NCBI GenBank assembly: GCA_041665985.1
Contig: JBAYHV010000001.1
Location: forward strand, 1 to 59,966
Direction: 5' to 3'
DNA: 59,966 nt
Source: Minisyncoccota bacterium
Lineage (GTDB): Bacteria > Patescibacteriota > Minisyncoccia > Phycocordibacterales > CAIRYW01
Positions 1 to 7,813 of the stretch are shown one piece after another (the stretch's first letter is position 1; each line of letters begins with the position of its first letter). The notes below the pieces were generated by a model. It was not told the DNA's origin, searched no databases, and saw nothing but the letters and a program-made list of their open reading frames with translations. The position numbers were made by a program, and so were the translations under genes.

Positions 1-169
1 ACGTACTGCTAACGCACGTAATCTTGGGATCTTTTCATTTGTTGTATATGCCATGTTCATACTTTACATCAGGGAGGTGATGCAAAGGTATTGAACCATT
101 ACGCCCGGTTGACTTTTTTATAATTTTGTTTAATATTTAAAAAAAGAGTTCGTTGATAACGAATACGAA

Positions 170-534
170 CCAAAATCCAATTTCGGCAAGACCAGCAGGG
201 ACACCTCAATCGCCGCATAGCTACCTCGGTTGAGGATGGTAATTAACGGTTACGCGTTGGTTATCTAGCCAATTGCGACCGGAGGGGTTTCTCCGGTCGC
301 TCCAATTTCGGAGAATTAAGCTGTGAAGCCTGTAGCAGTAACAGCTCTTCGAAACGTGTTGCTGATTAGTGGCGAGCGAAAGGCAACACTTATAATCGAC
401 AAATGGTCGTCGATTAGCGGTTGGGACGGGACCACCCTAATCCCAACCGCGCGAATTTCCGCAGTTTCCCCCAAGTGAGAGGTAGCTCAACTTCTTCAGA
501 TTTGATCTGAGGTTGAGCTACCTAAGTTTTTTTT
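170..534 (+). ncRNA. Candidate structured non-coding RNA: seven consecutive hairpins ending in a strong terminator. Identity unknown.
   Basis: No ORF >=60 aa. Stems at 204-235, 275-300 (10 bp gcgaccggag/ctccggtcgc), 319-346, 356-389, 395-414, 419-448 and 480-523. Locally GC-richer than the coding DNA. Confidence 0.3.
480..534 (+). terminator. Rho-independent terminator-like hairpin plus T8
   Basis: aggtagctcaac (480-491) pairs with gttgagctacct (512-523). Inner tcaga/tctga stem. T8 at 527-534. Confidence 0.6.
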
Positions 535-557
535 GATTTCGGCGAGCAGCCAACCAT

Positions 558-585
558 AGCACCTGGGTGCTGAGCTCTGTTTTTG
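558..585 (+). terminator. Short hairpin followed by a T-rich tract
   Basis: agcac/gtgct stem at 558-571, then gagctctgtttttgtcttttt. Confidence 0.35.
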
Positions 586-664
586 TCTTTTTATTGTAAG
601 AGTTTGACAGAAACATCTTGGCACCTAGGTAGGTGGTTCATATTTTCGTTATAAAAAAAATACG

Positions 665-707
665 GAGCGGAATAATCAATGTTAGATTGTTCCGCTCTTT
701 TGCTTTT
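665..707 (+). terminator. Terminator-like hairpin
   Basis: gagcgga (665-671) pairs with tccgctc (691-697), followed by ttttgctttt. Confidence 0.5.
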
Positions 708-716
708 AAAAAATAG

Positions 717-745
717 TTGACAGATTTAAATATAGTTGTTACATT
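717..745 (+). promoter_or_regulatory. Sigma70-like promoter candidate
   Basis: TTGACA (717-722), 17-nt spacer, TACATT (740-745). It lies in an ORF-free region upstream of a 31-codon ORF and a GC-rich structured stretch. Confidence 0.35.
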
Positions 746-1026
746 AATAAATGAAGCGAAGAACATTTAAACTTTGGATTTCACGACAGTAACAACGGTC
801 AATAGACCCTTGAAATTCAGGCGAATATTAATTCGTTTCAAATATGAAAACACGCAAAAACACCACCGTTGAATTGAGCAAAACTCTTCCCACTCCCGCC
901 GGCGGCATTGTCGCCTTCTACATCGGCCACGACCACTGACGCCATGACGCCCTCAAAAGGTCTACCGCTCGGTCTGGCCCGAGTATGGAGACAAAAGCAC
1001 CAATAATAAGCAGTTTAGGTATAACA

Positions 1027-1075
1027 GACGATCACAGGCACTTGGTGCATGCCTGTGATCGTCACCTTTCATTTT
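1027..1075 (+). terminator. Long perfect hairpin followed by a T-rich tract
   Basis: gacgatcacaggca (1027-1040) pairs with tgcctgtgatcgtc (1050-1063), then acctttcattttt. Confidence 0.45.
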
Positions 1076-1090
1076 TGAAGTTTTTTTCAA

Positions 1091-1116
1091 GGCCGAACAG
1101 ATCAGTTCGGCTTTTA
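1091..1116 (+). terminator. Terminator-like hairpin
   Basis: gccgaac (1092-1098) pairs with gttcggc (1105-1111), followed by tttt. Confidence 0.5.
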
Positions 1117-1130
1117 CATTGCCCAAAATT

Positions 1131-1153
1131 ACTTAGGGGTGAAACCCCTAAGT
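1131..1153. other. Perfect 9-bp hairpin flanked by an A-run
   Basis: acttagggg (1131-1139) pairs with cccctaagt (1145-1153), followed by an A-rich tract. It could terminate minus-strand transcription. Confidence 0.4.
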
Positions 1154-1178
1154 AAAAAAAAGAAAAAAAATTGCGCTA

Positions 1179-1187
1179 TGTTATAAT
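1179..1187 (+). promoter_or_regulatory. Extended -10 element (TGtTATAAT) 6 nt upstream of the dnaX ATG, implying a leaderless mRNA
   Basis: TATAAT at 1182-1187 and ATG at 1194. No Shine-Dalgarno sequence is possible in 6 nt. Confidence 0.4.
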
Positions 1188-1193
1188 CTTTTC

Positions 1194-2225
1194 ATGACAA
1201 CACACGAAACACTCTATCGAAAATATCGACCACAAAAATTTAGCGAAGTGATCAATCAAGATGATGTTGTTTCGTTGCTTACAAATTCAATTTCTGAGGA
1301 AAGAATTTCTCATGCATATATTTTTGCAGGATCTCGCGGAACTGGAAAAACTTCTGTTGCAAGAATCTTAGCTAGGGAATTAGGAACAACTGATGATGAC
1401 CTATATGAAATTGATGCTGCTTCAAACAGAGGAATTGATGACATAAGAGCCCTAAGAGAAACAATTGAGACCCTTCCTTTTTCATCACCAAAAAAAGTTT
1501 ATTTAATTGATGAGGCTCACATGCTTACTCGTGAAGCTTGGAACGCCCTTTTGAAAACTTTAGAAGAACCTCCAAAGCATGTTATTTTTATTTTAGCGAC
1601 AACTGAGTTGGAAAAAATTCCAGAAACAATTCAATCACGTTGTCAGGTCTGTGAATTCAAAAAACCAACAAGAGCAATTCTTTCAAAAGTAATTAGTAAA
1701 ATTGCAAAAAAAGAAGGATTTGAAATTGAAGAGGAATCCTCCGATCTTATTTCACTTATGGCAAATGGTTCTTTTAGAGATGCAATAGGAGGACTTCAAA
1801 AAACGATCAGTTCAGTAACAAACAAAATAATTAAGCTCATTGATACAGAAAAATCTTTAGGTGCTCCAAAAGAAGCCTTGATCGAAAAATTTATTGTTTC
1901 AGTAGGAAAGAAGGAAACGGATAATGCACTTAAAGCACTTCACGAAGCAAAAGATAATGATATGAATATGGAACTTTTTGGAAAACTTACACTCGAAAAA
2001 ATTCGAGACATAGTTTTAATAAAATTTTCACCAACCCATGAGCAAAATCTAACTCACCGTTACTCAGAGGAAAGAATTAAATTTATAAAAGAATGTGCTG
2101 GTTCAAAAGAAATGCAGTGGAATGGGGAAGTTCTCAGAAAACTTCTTTTGTCAGTGATGGAATCTGAAAGATCCTTTATTCCTGAACTTTCTCTAGAATT
2201 GTTTGCTATTGGACTTTCTAGCTAA
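1194..2225 (+). CDS. dnaX: DNA polymerase III gamma/tau subunit (short form)
   Basis: YRPQKFSEV..., Walker A GSRGTGKTS, DEAHML Walker B, SRCQ sensor motif. Typical clamp-loader N-terminal AAA+ module. Confidence 0.9.
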   Translation: MTTHETLYRKYRPQKFSEVINQDDVVSLLTNSISEERISHAYIFAGSRGTGKTSVARILARELGTTDDDLYEIDAASNRGIDDIRALRETIETLPFSSPKKVYLIDEAHMLTREAWNALLKTLEEPPKHVIFILATTELEKIPETIQSRCQVCEFKKPTRAILSKVISKIAKKEGFEIEEESSDLISLMANGSFRDAIGGLQKTISSVTNKIIKLIDTEKSLGAPKEALIEKFIVSVGKKETDNALKALHEAKDNDMNMELFGKLTLEKIRDIVLIKFSPTHEQNLTHRYSEERIKFIKECAGSKEMQWNGEVLRKLLLSVMESERSFIPELSLELFAIGLSS

Positions 2226-2341
2226 AATTTTGATTTTTTTGCAAAAAAAAGCTAAAGTATTGAGGCTTTAGTTTTGGTTTTTGTTCGTATGTTTTAAGTG
2301 CCCTTTACTTTATGAACTTTTTACTTTAAACTAATTTACAT

Positions 2342-2412
2342 TACGGGATCGTCTAATGGTAGGACGACGGCTTTTGGAGCCGTCTATCTAGGTTCGAGTC
2401 CTAGTCCCGTAG
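2342..2412 (+). tRNA. tRNA-Gln (anticodon UUG)
   Basis: Hand-folded cloverleaf. Acceptor tacggga/tcccgta (U1-A72), D stem gtct/ggac, anticodon stem acggc/gccgt with loop ttTTGga, T arm ctagg-ttcgagt-cctag. No encoded CCA. Confidence 0.92.
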
Positions 2413-2524
2413 CAAATGAGTGTAGCGAATTTGCTACGGGAAGTGAGTGATGTTATCACTCACGTCTAGGACTCGAAGAGGTTGAGTTTATCGCACGGAG
2501 CAAAGCGAGTACGATACGAAACCT

Positions 2525-2562
2525 GTACCGTCCATGTAATGGAAGAGACTCCTAGTCCCGTA
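2525..2562 (+). repeat. 38-nt perfect direct repeat, copy 1 (gtaccgtccatgtaatggaagagactcctagtcccgta)
   Basis: Identical to 2828-2865. It ends with the last 13 nt of tRNA-Gln. Confidence 0.9.
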
Positions 2563-2827
2563 GCAAAAGAAAGTGCTAGGTAGCACTTTCGACTAGGACG
2601 AGAACAGCGGAGCTATAATTTTTCGGAAGAAAAATTAGCGAGCTGGTGCCTAGACTAAAATTTGCGATAGGCAAATTTTAAGTCGAAGGAGAGATTCCTA
2701 GTCCCGTAGCAAAAATTTACCGTAGGAAAATTTTTCTACGGGAAGAAAGCCCTGGGAGAGCTTTCGCCTAAGGCTCGAAAACCTTTTGAGTCTAAAATTG
2801 ATTTTAAGAAAATTTTAGCCAAAAGGT

Positions 2828-2865
2828 GTACCGTCCATGTAATGGAAGAGACTCCTAGTCCCGTA
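2828..2865 (+). repeat. 38-nt perfect direct repeat, copy 2
   Basis: Identical to 2525-2562. Confidence 0.9.
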
Positions 2866-3054
2866 ATTTATTACAAATAAATTTTTAAACTATTTACTTA
2901 AAATTAAATAATAGTAGTATTGAAAACAGCTTTTCGGCTCAACTTGCGGGTTAAAAACCCAAAGAACGAGGTGTCGACGCCACGCCTACAATGTTCATAC
3001 GAACAAGAGAGTTGACGGTGTAGTTATTTAAACAATAGATCGAAAATTTCTGAT

Positions 3055-3087
3055 AACGTTAACTAAAAAAAAGTTAACGTATTTTTT
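3055..3087. terminator. Hairpin aacgttaac/gttaacgt with an A/T-run loop and flank; possible bidirectional terminator
   Basis: Stem at 3055-3063 / 3073-3080, then atttttt. It lies at the 3' end of the minus-strand ORF 3093-3614. Confidence 0.4.
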
Positions 3088-3092
3088 AAAAT

Positions 3093-3614
3093 CTATTTAA
3101 GGATAAAACCTTTTTCATCCACAGCAACAATGTAATCATCCGAATAGTTTTTATCTACATCCACGCTATCATCGCTAAAAGATTTTTCAACAAAATAGAT
3201 TTTTTGTCCTGGGATAATTTTGAATGATTGTGTTTGGTCGCTTTGTGTTTTAGAGGTCAGACTAATTTCTATTACATCATTATTTTCTGATTTAGTTACG
3301 ACAAAATTAAATCCAGCAAGTGCTTTTTTTGCACTTGCATTTGCTGTTGGGTAGATTAAGTACGCTTTGTCATAATCAGGTGATTCTGCAAAAAGTTGAT
3401 CAGTACTTTGCATTATCGAAGTACTTGTCGAAGTAGGTTTTGTTGATGTTGCTTGTGTAGGGATTGTTTCAATTTTATCACTTGCTATTTTGATATCTGG
3501 AGAATCGGGTAAACTTGAAATTGATGAACTTCCTTGGTATTTAAAAATTAAAAATGCTCCTCCGGAAATGATCAATATAAGCGCAAAAATAATTATTTTA
3601 TATCTTGGGTTCAT
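3093..3614 (-). CDS. Hypothetical membrane-anchored protein (N-terminal TM helix, Ser/Thr-rich linker, C-terminal globular domain)
   Basis: The 173-aa ORF has a hydrophobic N-terminus (IIIFALILIISGGAFLIF) followed by a TSTKPTSTSTS linker. No recognisable family. Confidence 0.65.
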   Translation of the reverse strand: MNPRYKIIIFALILIISGGAFLIFKYQGSSSISSLPDSPDIKIASDKIETIPTQATSTKPTSTSTSIMQSTDQLFAESPDYDKAYLIYPTANASAKKALAGFNFVVTKSENNDVIEISLTSKTQSDQTQSFKIIPGQKIYFVEKSFSDDSVDVDKNYSDDYIVAVDEKGFILK

Positions 3615-3723
3615 AAATTATTTGAATTAAATTGTAAAATCTTACAAATACAATTATACAACCTAAATACAATAATAGTTGCAAACAAAAATTCTGTTGC
3701 TATAATATTTCTACAATTAAATA

Positions 3724-3820
3724 CATATCAAGAGAGCGACGAGAGCCCTGGCTCAAAGACTCGCCAGCAACCCTAAAATTTTAGTAGGTGCTAAATCCAG
3801 CCCATTTGGGAATGATAACG
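3724..3820 (+). promoter_or_regulatory. SAM-I (S-box) riboswitch
   Basis: aTATCAAGAGAG...GAGAGcccTGGCtC..AAGA..GCAACC...GGTGCTAAATCCAGC...GAATGATA matches the S-box core motifs. P1 is tatca/tgata. It sits upstream of metK. Confidence 0.85.
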
Positions 3821-3837
3821 AATATTTTATATTTGAA

Positions 3838-3862
3838 AACTTCCTAAAATGGAGGTTTTTTT
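3838..3862 (+). terminator. Riboswitch expression-platform terminator
   Basis: aacttcc/ggaggtt stem followed by a T-run. Confidence 0.6.
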
Positions 3863-3990
3863 GTTTTATAAAGTCGTATTATTAATAGCATTAATTAACC
3901 CACAAAAAAATTTGTAATCATAATTACTAAACAAAAAATATTTAGTTTAATTATCAATAAAATTTAGGCGGGTAAAAATAAAAAAAATAT

Positions 3991-4980
3991 ATGAAATGGA
4001 CAGCAGAATCAGTGACACCAAAGCACCCAGATAAGCTTTGTGATCGAATTAGTGACTCTATTTTAGATGCATGCCTTGCTCAAGATCCTTACTCTCGCGT
4101 TGCAATGGAATCTTTGGGTGGACATGGAATAGTTACAGTTACAGGCGAGCTTACAACAAATGCATATGTTGATATTCGCCAAATTGTTGAAAAGATCCTA
4201 GGAAAACCATATGGAGTTCAAATAAACGTTGTAAAACAATCAAATGAAATCGCTCAAGGAGTAAATATAGGAGGAGCAGGAGATCAAGGTGTTATGGTTG
4301 GATTTGCTACAAGAGAAACTCCAGAATTAATGCCAAAAGAAGTTATTTTAGCAAGAAGTCTTGGGAGATATATTTATGACAACTATGCATCTTTTGATGG
4401 TAAGACTCAGATCACTTGGGATTCTGATGATGATGCAATTGAAACAGTTGTAGCTTCTTTTCAAAATACAGTAAAAGCTGATCTAGAAAAATATATTAAC
4501 GAATGGCTAAAAGATAAAAAAGTAAAAACTGATCTTAAAATTCACGCAAATCCTGCAGGAGATTGGAGTATCGGAGGATTTGATGCTGATACAGGTCTAA
4601 CGGGAAGAAAAATTGTTGTAGATCAATACGGGCTTAGATGTCCTATTGGTGGAGGGGCATTCTCAGGAAAAGATTCAACAAAAGTTGACCGTTCTGGAGC
4701 ATATATTGCTCGAAAAGAGGCGGTTACAATTTTGAATTCATCAGCAGATTATAAAGAGGTAACTTTTTATCTAGGATACGCAATTGGTATTGCTGAACCA
4801 GTTTGGGCTAAAGCAATGATCGTACTCAATGATGGATCTAGGAAAGAAATAGACTACATTGACAAATTAAGCCTTTTTACACCGAACGCAATTATTGAAA
4901 CTCTAAAACTTAGAGAACCAAAATTTGCAAAAACTGCAGAATGGGGACATTTTGGAAATGATTTTGATTGGGATAAATAG
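3991..4980 (+). CDS. metK: S-adenosylmethionine synthetase (compact form)
   Basis: PDKLCDRISDSILDA, GAGDQGVMVGFA and GGGAFSGKD motifs of methionine adenosyltransferase. Preceded by the SAM riboswitch. Confidence 0.9.
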   Translation: MKWTAESVTPKHPDKLCDRISDSILDACLAQDPYSRVAMESLGGHGIVTVTGELTTNAYVDIRQIVEKILGKPYGVQINVVKQSNEIAQGVNIGGAGDQGVMVGFATRETPELMPKEVILARSLGRYIYDNYASFDGKTQITWDSDDDAIETVVASFQNTVKADLEKYINEWLKDKKVKTDLKIHANPAGDWSIGGFDADTGLTGRKIVVDQYGLRCPIGGGAFSGKDSTKVDRSGAYIARKEAVTILNSSADYKEVTFYLGYAIGIAEPVWAKAMIVLNDGSRKEIDYIDKLSLFTPNAIIETLKLREPKFAKTAEWGHFGNDFDWDK

Positions 4981-5025
4981 AGTAGTTTAAAGTTCTAAGT
5001 TCATAAAGTGACAGGTAAAGAAAAA

Positions 5026-5053
5026 AGACCACACCTTCGGTGTGGTCTTTTTT
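5026..5053 (+). terminator. metK terminator
   Basis: agaccacacc/ggtgtggtct stem plus a T-run. It overlaps the GTG start proposed by the ORF track at 5040. Confidence 0.75.
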
Positions 5054-5105
5054 CCGTTTTCTGTTAACTTTTCTCTGTTATCTAAAATATGGTATTATTT
5101 CCTCA

Positions 5106-5804
5106 ATGATCCTAAATTTTGTAGCATTGCACGCAGGAAGTTGGTTTTTACCAGTCATTATCACAGCTGCGGTTGTTGACAGTATCAACCCTTGCGCTTT
5201 TTCCATTTTATTTTTAACTATAACTTTTCTTTTTAGTCTTGGAAAAAATAGAAAATTTGTTTTGATCGCGGGAGGTGTTTATATATTAGGAATTGCTTTT
5301 GTTTATACTTTTATTGGAATCGGCTTACTTAAAGTCCTCTCATTTTTTGCTGTCCCAAATGGTTTGGCAAAAATTGGAGCAGCTATCCTTATTCTTTATA
5401 CAGTAATAGGACTGATCAATGAATTCATACCCTCGTTCCCATTAAAATTGAAGATTCCTGCAGGTGCACATAAAATGCTTGCATTGGTAATAACTAAAGC
5501 GTCAATCCCAGGTTCTTTTCTTTTGGGAATTCTTGTTGGTGTTTTCGAATTTCCTTGTACGGGCGGGCCTTATCTTTTTGTTTTAAGTTTGCTTCATGAT
5601 CAGGGCCATTTTTGGGAAGGTTTTGGTTATCTTTTGATCTATAACGTTATTTTTATTTTACCGCTTGTTTTAATCCTTGCATTTGCTGTCAATCAAATTG
5701 TATTAGAAAAAATTGAAAAATTACGAAAACTGGAGACCAAAAAATCTCGAACTGCTCTACTTTTGCTACTTCTTCTTATTGGAATTGCGATATACTTTAT
5801 TTAA
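5106..5804 (+). CDS. ccdA: CcdA/DsbD-family thiol:disulfide transmembrane electron transporter
   Basis: Multi-TM protein with the two conserved Cys motifs INPCAF and FPCTGGP. ATG 5106 is preferred because 5040-5053 is the metK terminator. Confidence 0.8.
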   Translation: MILNFVALHAGSWFLPVIITAAVVDSINPCAFSILFLTITFLFSLGKNRKFVLIAGGVYILGIAFVYTFIGIGLLKVLSFFAVPNGLAKIGAAILILYTVIGLINEFIPSFPLKLKIPAGAHKMLALVITKASIPGSFLLGILVGVFEFPCTGGPYLFVLSLLHDQGHFWEGFGYLLIYNVIFILPLVLILAFAVNQIVLEKIEKLRKLETKKSRTALLLLLLLIGIAIYFI

Positions 5805-5824
5805 TTAAAATAAATTCAACTAAT

Positions 5825-6328
5825 ATGATCAACGAAACACCAATGAGTTTTGAAGAACTGAAAAAAAAGATCGAGGAGTTAAAAGAAAAAAAAGGCGTTG
5901 ATCTTTCAATTGAAGAGGATCTGAGCGTTGCTATCATGAATTTAATAAGCCTTGAGGAGCACTTCTTTTTTACAGGCAATAAAACTGGAAAGGATGAGTA
6001 TTACGATATGCTTTATGAGGTAAGAGAAATAAGAAAAGTTCTTTTGGCTCGGATGATCGAGAAAACTGAAGGAGAAACTTGGTGCGTTTCAAAACATTTA
6101 CTGGCAACAACCATGCGTTTGATGGAGGTTGGTACAAAACTTTATTCAGATGGCAAAAAAGAAGATGCAAAAGAGATCTTTGGTTTTGCATACAAAATTT
6201 ACAATTTGTTTTTTGCTTTGAGATTAAAGATCATCAAGGCACCAGAAGTTGCTACACAAATTGAAAATGCTAAGCCTATGACATTTGACGATATCATGGG
6301 AAAATTAGTAGATTGCTGTAAAGAATAA
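5825..6328 (+). CDS. Hypothetical protein (helical, C-terminal CC pair)
   Basis: 167-aa ORF with coding-like composition. No family recognised. Confidence 0.6.
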   Translation: MINETPMSFEELKKKIEELKEKKGVDLSIEEDLSVAIMNLISLEEHFFFTGNKTGKDEYYDMLYEVREIRKVLLARMIEKTEGETWCVSKHLLATTMRLMEVGTKLYSDGKKEDAKEIFGFAYKIYNLFFALRLKIIKAPEVATQIENAKPMTFDDIMGKLVDCCKE

Positions 6329-6329
6329 T

Positions 6330-6426
6330 CCCGCACTGAAATTTTAATTCGATTATGTCCGAATTTAATTTACATATTAATATAAAATAGTCGAAAGATT
6401 TAACAAATTAAAATTCTAGTGACGGG
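6330..6426 (+). repeat. 97-bp MITE-like element with imperfect terminal inverted repeats; its right end is a conserved 38-nt leader abutting the ATG
   Basis: Left end cccgcactgaaattttaattcgattatgtc. Right end gtcgaaagatttaacaaattaaaattctagtgacggg. The same ends occur at 8618-8854, and the right end also at 59635. Confidence 0.6.
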
Positions 6427-6828
6427 ATGAAAAAACATAAAAATAAAAAAACTTTAAATATTATCGGCTGGGTTATTTTGTCTTTAGTTGTTCTGGCGGT
6501 TGTTTATAGTTTTTATTTTGCAATAGCATCCAGAACTCAAACTAGACCTGGTCTCGTACAATTTGCTCAATGTTTAGCTTCAAAAAACATAACAATGTAT
6601 GGAGCTGTTTGGTGTCCTCATTGCCAAAGGCAAAAAGCTTTGTTTGGAGCTGCTTTTCATTATGTTCCTTATGTTGAATGTCCGGATAACCAAAAACTTT
6701 GCCTTGATAAAGAAGTTACAGGGTATCCAACATGGATCACTTCAGATGGTTTCAAATATGAAGGAGAACAAACTCTTGAAACATTATCAGAACTTACACA
6801 GTGTCAATTACCACCTTCAATAAAATAA
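6427..6828 (+). CDS. Membrane-anchored thioredoxin-fold protein (like the Trx domain of VKOR fusions)
   Basis: N-terminal TM helix, then YGAVWCPHCQRQKALFG with a CxxC active site. Confidence 0.75.
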   Translation: MKKHKNKKTLNIIGWVILSLVVLAVVYSFYFAIASRTQTRPGLVQFAQCLASKNITMYGAVWCPHCQRQKALFGAAFHYVPYVECPDNQKLCLDKEVTGYPTWITSDGFKYEGEQTLETLSELTQCQLPPSIK

Positions 6829-6835
6829 TATATAT

Positions 6836-7807
6836 ATGAATAAAAATATTTTTATAACAAGAAAAATTCCAGAAATTGGAATAAAGATGCTAGTAGAAAA
6901 AGGTTACAATGTTGATATTTATCCAAAAGAAAATCCTCCTACCCAAAAAGAAATTATTAAATATTTAAAGAAGAAACCTTATGATGCTGTAATTAGTCTT
7001 CTAACAGATAAGATCGATTCAAAAATTTTTGATATTGCAAAAAGTGTAAAAATATATGCAAATTATGCTGTTGGTTTTGACAATATTGATACGGAGGAAG
7101 CAAAAAAACGAGGAATTATTGCTACAAACACACCTGGTTCCTTTTCCAATTGTATAGCAGAGCAAACTATGGCCTTTATTTTAGGATTGACCACAAGAAT
7201 GGTTGAAGCCGATGATTTTATGCGAGCTGGAAAATATAAAGGTTGGTCACCGATGAATTTTATGGGCACAGATCTTAAAGGAAAAACTCTTGGACTTATT
7301 GGTGCAGGACATATTGGTGGATTGGTTGCTTGCCAAGCACAAAGAGGTTTTGGAGTAAGAGTAATTTACTACGATGTTGCAAGAAATGAGCAAATTGAAA
7401 AAGAATGTAATGCTGAATTTTTTCCAACAGTTGAAGAGGTTTTAAAACAATCAGATATTGTTAGTTTACATGTTCCATTACTTCCTTCAACAAAACATTT
7501 AATAAATGAGAACAATTTAAAATTAATGAAGCCTTCTAGTTTTTTGATCAATACCTCACGAGGGCCAATTGTTGATGAAGTTGCTTTAGTTAAGGCATTA
7601 CAAAACGGAACTATAAAAGGTGCTGGACTTGATGTTTTTGAATTTGAACCAAAGTTGGCAAAAGGCCTTTCAAAGCTTCCAAATGTTATTCTTACTCCGC
7701 ATATTTCATCAGCCCGCCAAAGTGCACGAAATGAAATGGCTACAATTGCTGCTCAAAATGTAATTGATTTTTTTGAGAACGGAAAGCCTAAAAATCAAGT
7801 TAATTAA
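6836..7807 (+). CDS. D-isomer-specific 2-hydroxyacid dehydrogenase (glyoxylate/hydroxypyruvate reductase-like)
   Basis: GLIGAGHIGG NAD-binding fold, and the catalytic region ...NTSRG...D..AL...L.GAGLDV...EP...PH. Confidence 0.85.
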   Translation: MNKNIFITRKIPEIGIKMLVEKGYNVDIYPKENPPTQKEIIKYLKKKPYDAVISLLTDKIDSKIFDIAKSVKIYANYAVGFDNIDTEEAKKRGIIATNTPGSFSNCIAEQTMAFILGLTTRMVEADDFMRAGKYKGWSPMNFMGTDLKGKTLGLIGAGHIGGLVACQAQRGFGVRVIYYDVARNEQIEKECNAEFFPTVEEVLKQSDIVSLHVPLLPSTKHLINENNLKLMKPSSFLINTSRGPIVDEVALVKALQNGTIKGAGLDVFEFEPKLAKGLSKLPNVILTPHISSARQSARNEMATIAAQNVIDFFENGKPKNQVN

Positions 7808-7813
7808 AAACTG

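Larger units (their letters stand above)
2394..2865 (+). repeat. Tandem array of three ~150-bp structured units, each bounded by a direct copy of the tRNA-Gln 3' end and containing an inverted copy of it
   Basis: tcctagtcccgta occurs at 2399-2411 (the tRNA), 2550-2562, 2696-2708 and 2853-2865. The inverted copy atttgctacggga...ctaggactcgaa lies at 2429-2477. No ORF. Confidence 0.8.

Noticed and set aside
1-60. Minus-strand open frame running off the left edge (MNMAYTTNEKIPRLRALAVR...). I wondered whether it is the N-terminus of a transposase or HTH protein.
   Set aside because: Only 20 codons are visible, there is no diagnostic motif, and it cannot be verified. Not reported as a feature.
844-939. 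31-codon ORF (MKTRKNTTVELSKTLPTPAGGIVAFYIGHDH) as a RiPP-like precursor peptide.
   Set aside because: There is no adjacent maturation enzyme and no SD. The GC-rich block is open in both strands, so it may be a gene remnant or RNA. It is mentioned only within the non-coding-region finding.
900-1193. SRP (4.5S/scRNA) gene, expected because ffs lies just upstream of dnaX in many bacteria.
   Set aside because: I could not find the conserved GGAAGCAGCC/GNRA domain IV motif anywhere in 1-1193. The closest string is gcgagcagccaac at 543-555, which lacks the pairing context. This needs a covariance-model search.
2394-2865. Possible CRISPR array (regularly spaced direct repeats).
   Set aside because: The repeat is the tRNA-Gln 3' end (13-20 nt). 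The 'spacers' are ~130-140 bp, homologous to each other and highly structured. No cas genes are present. This is not a CRISPR array.
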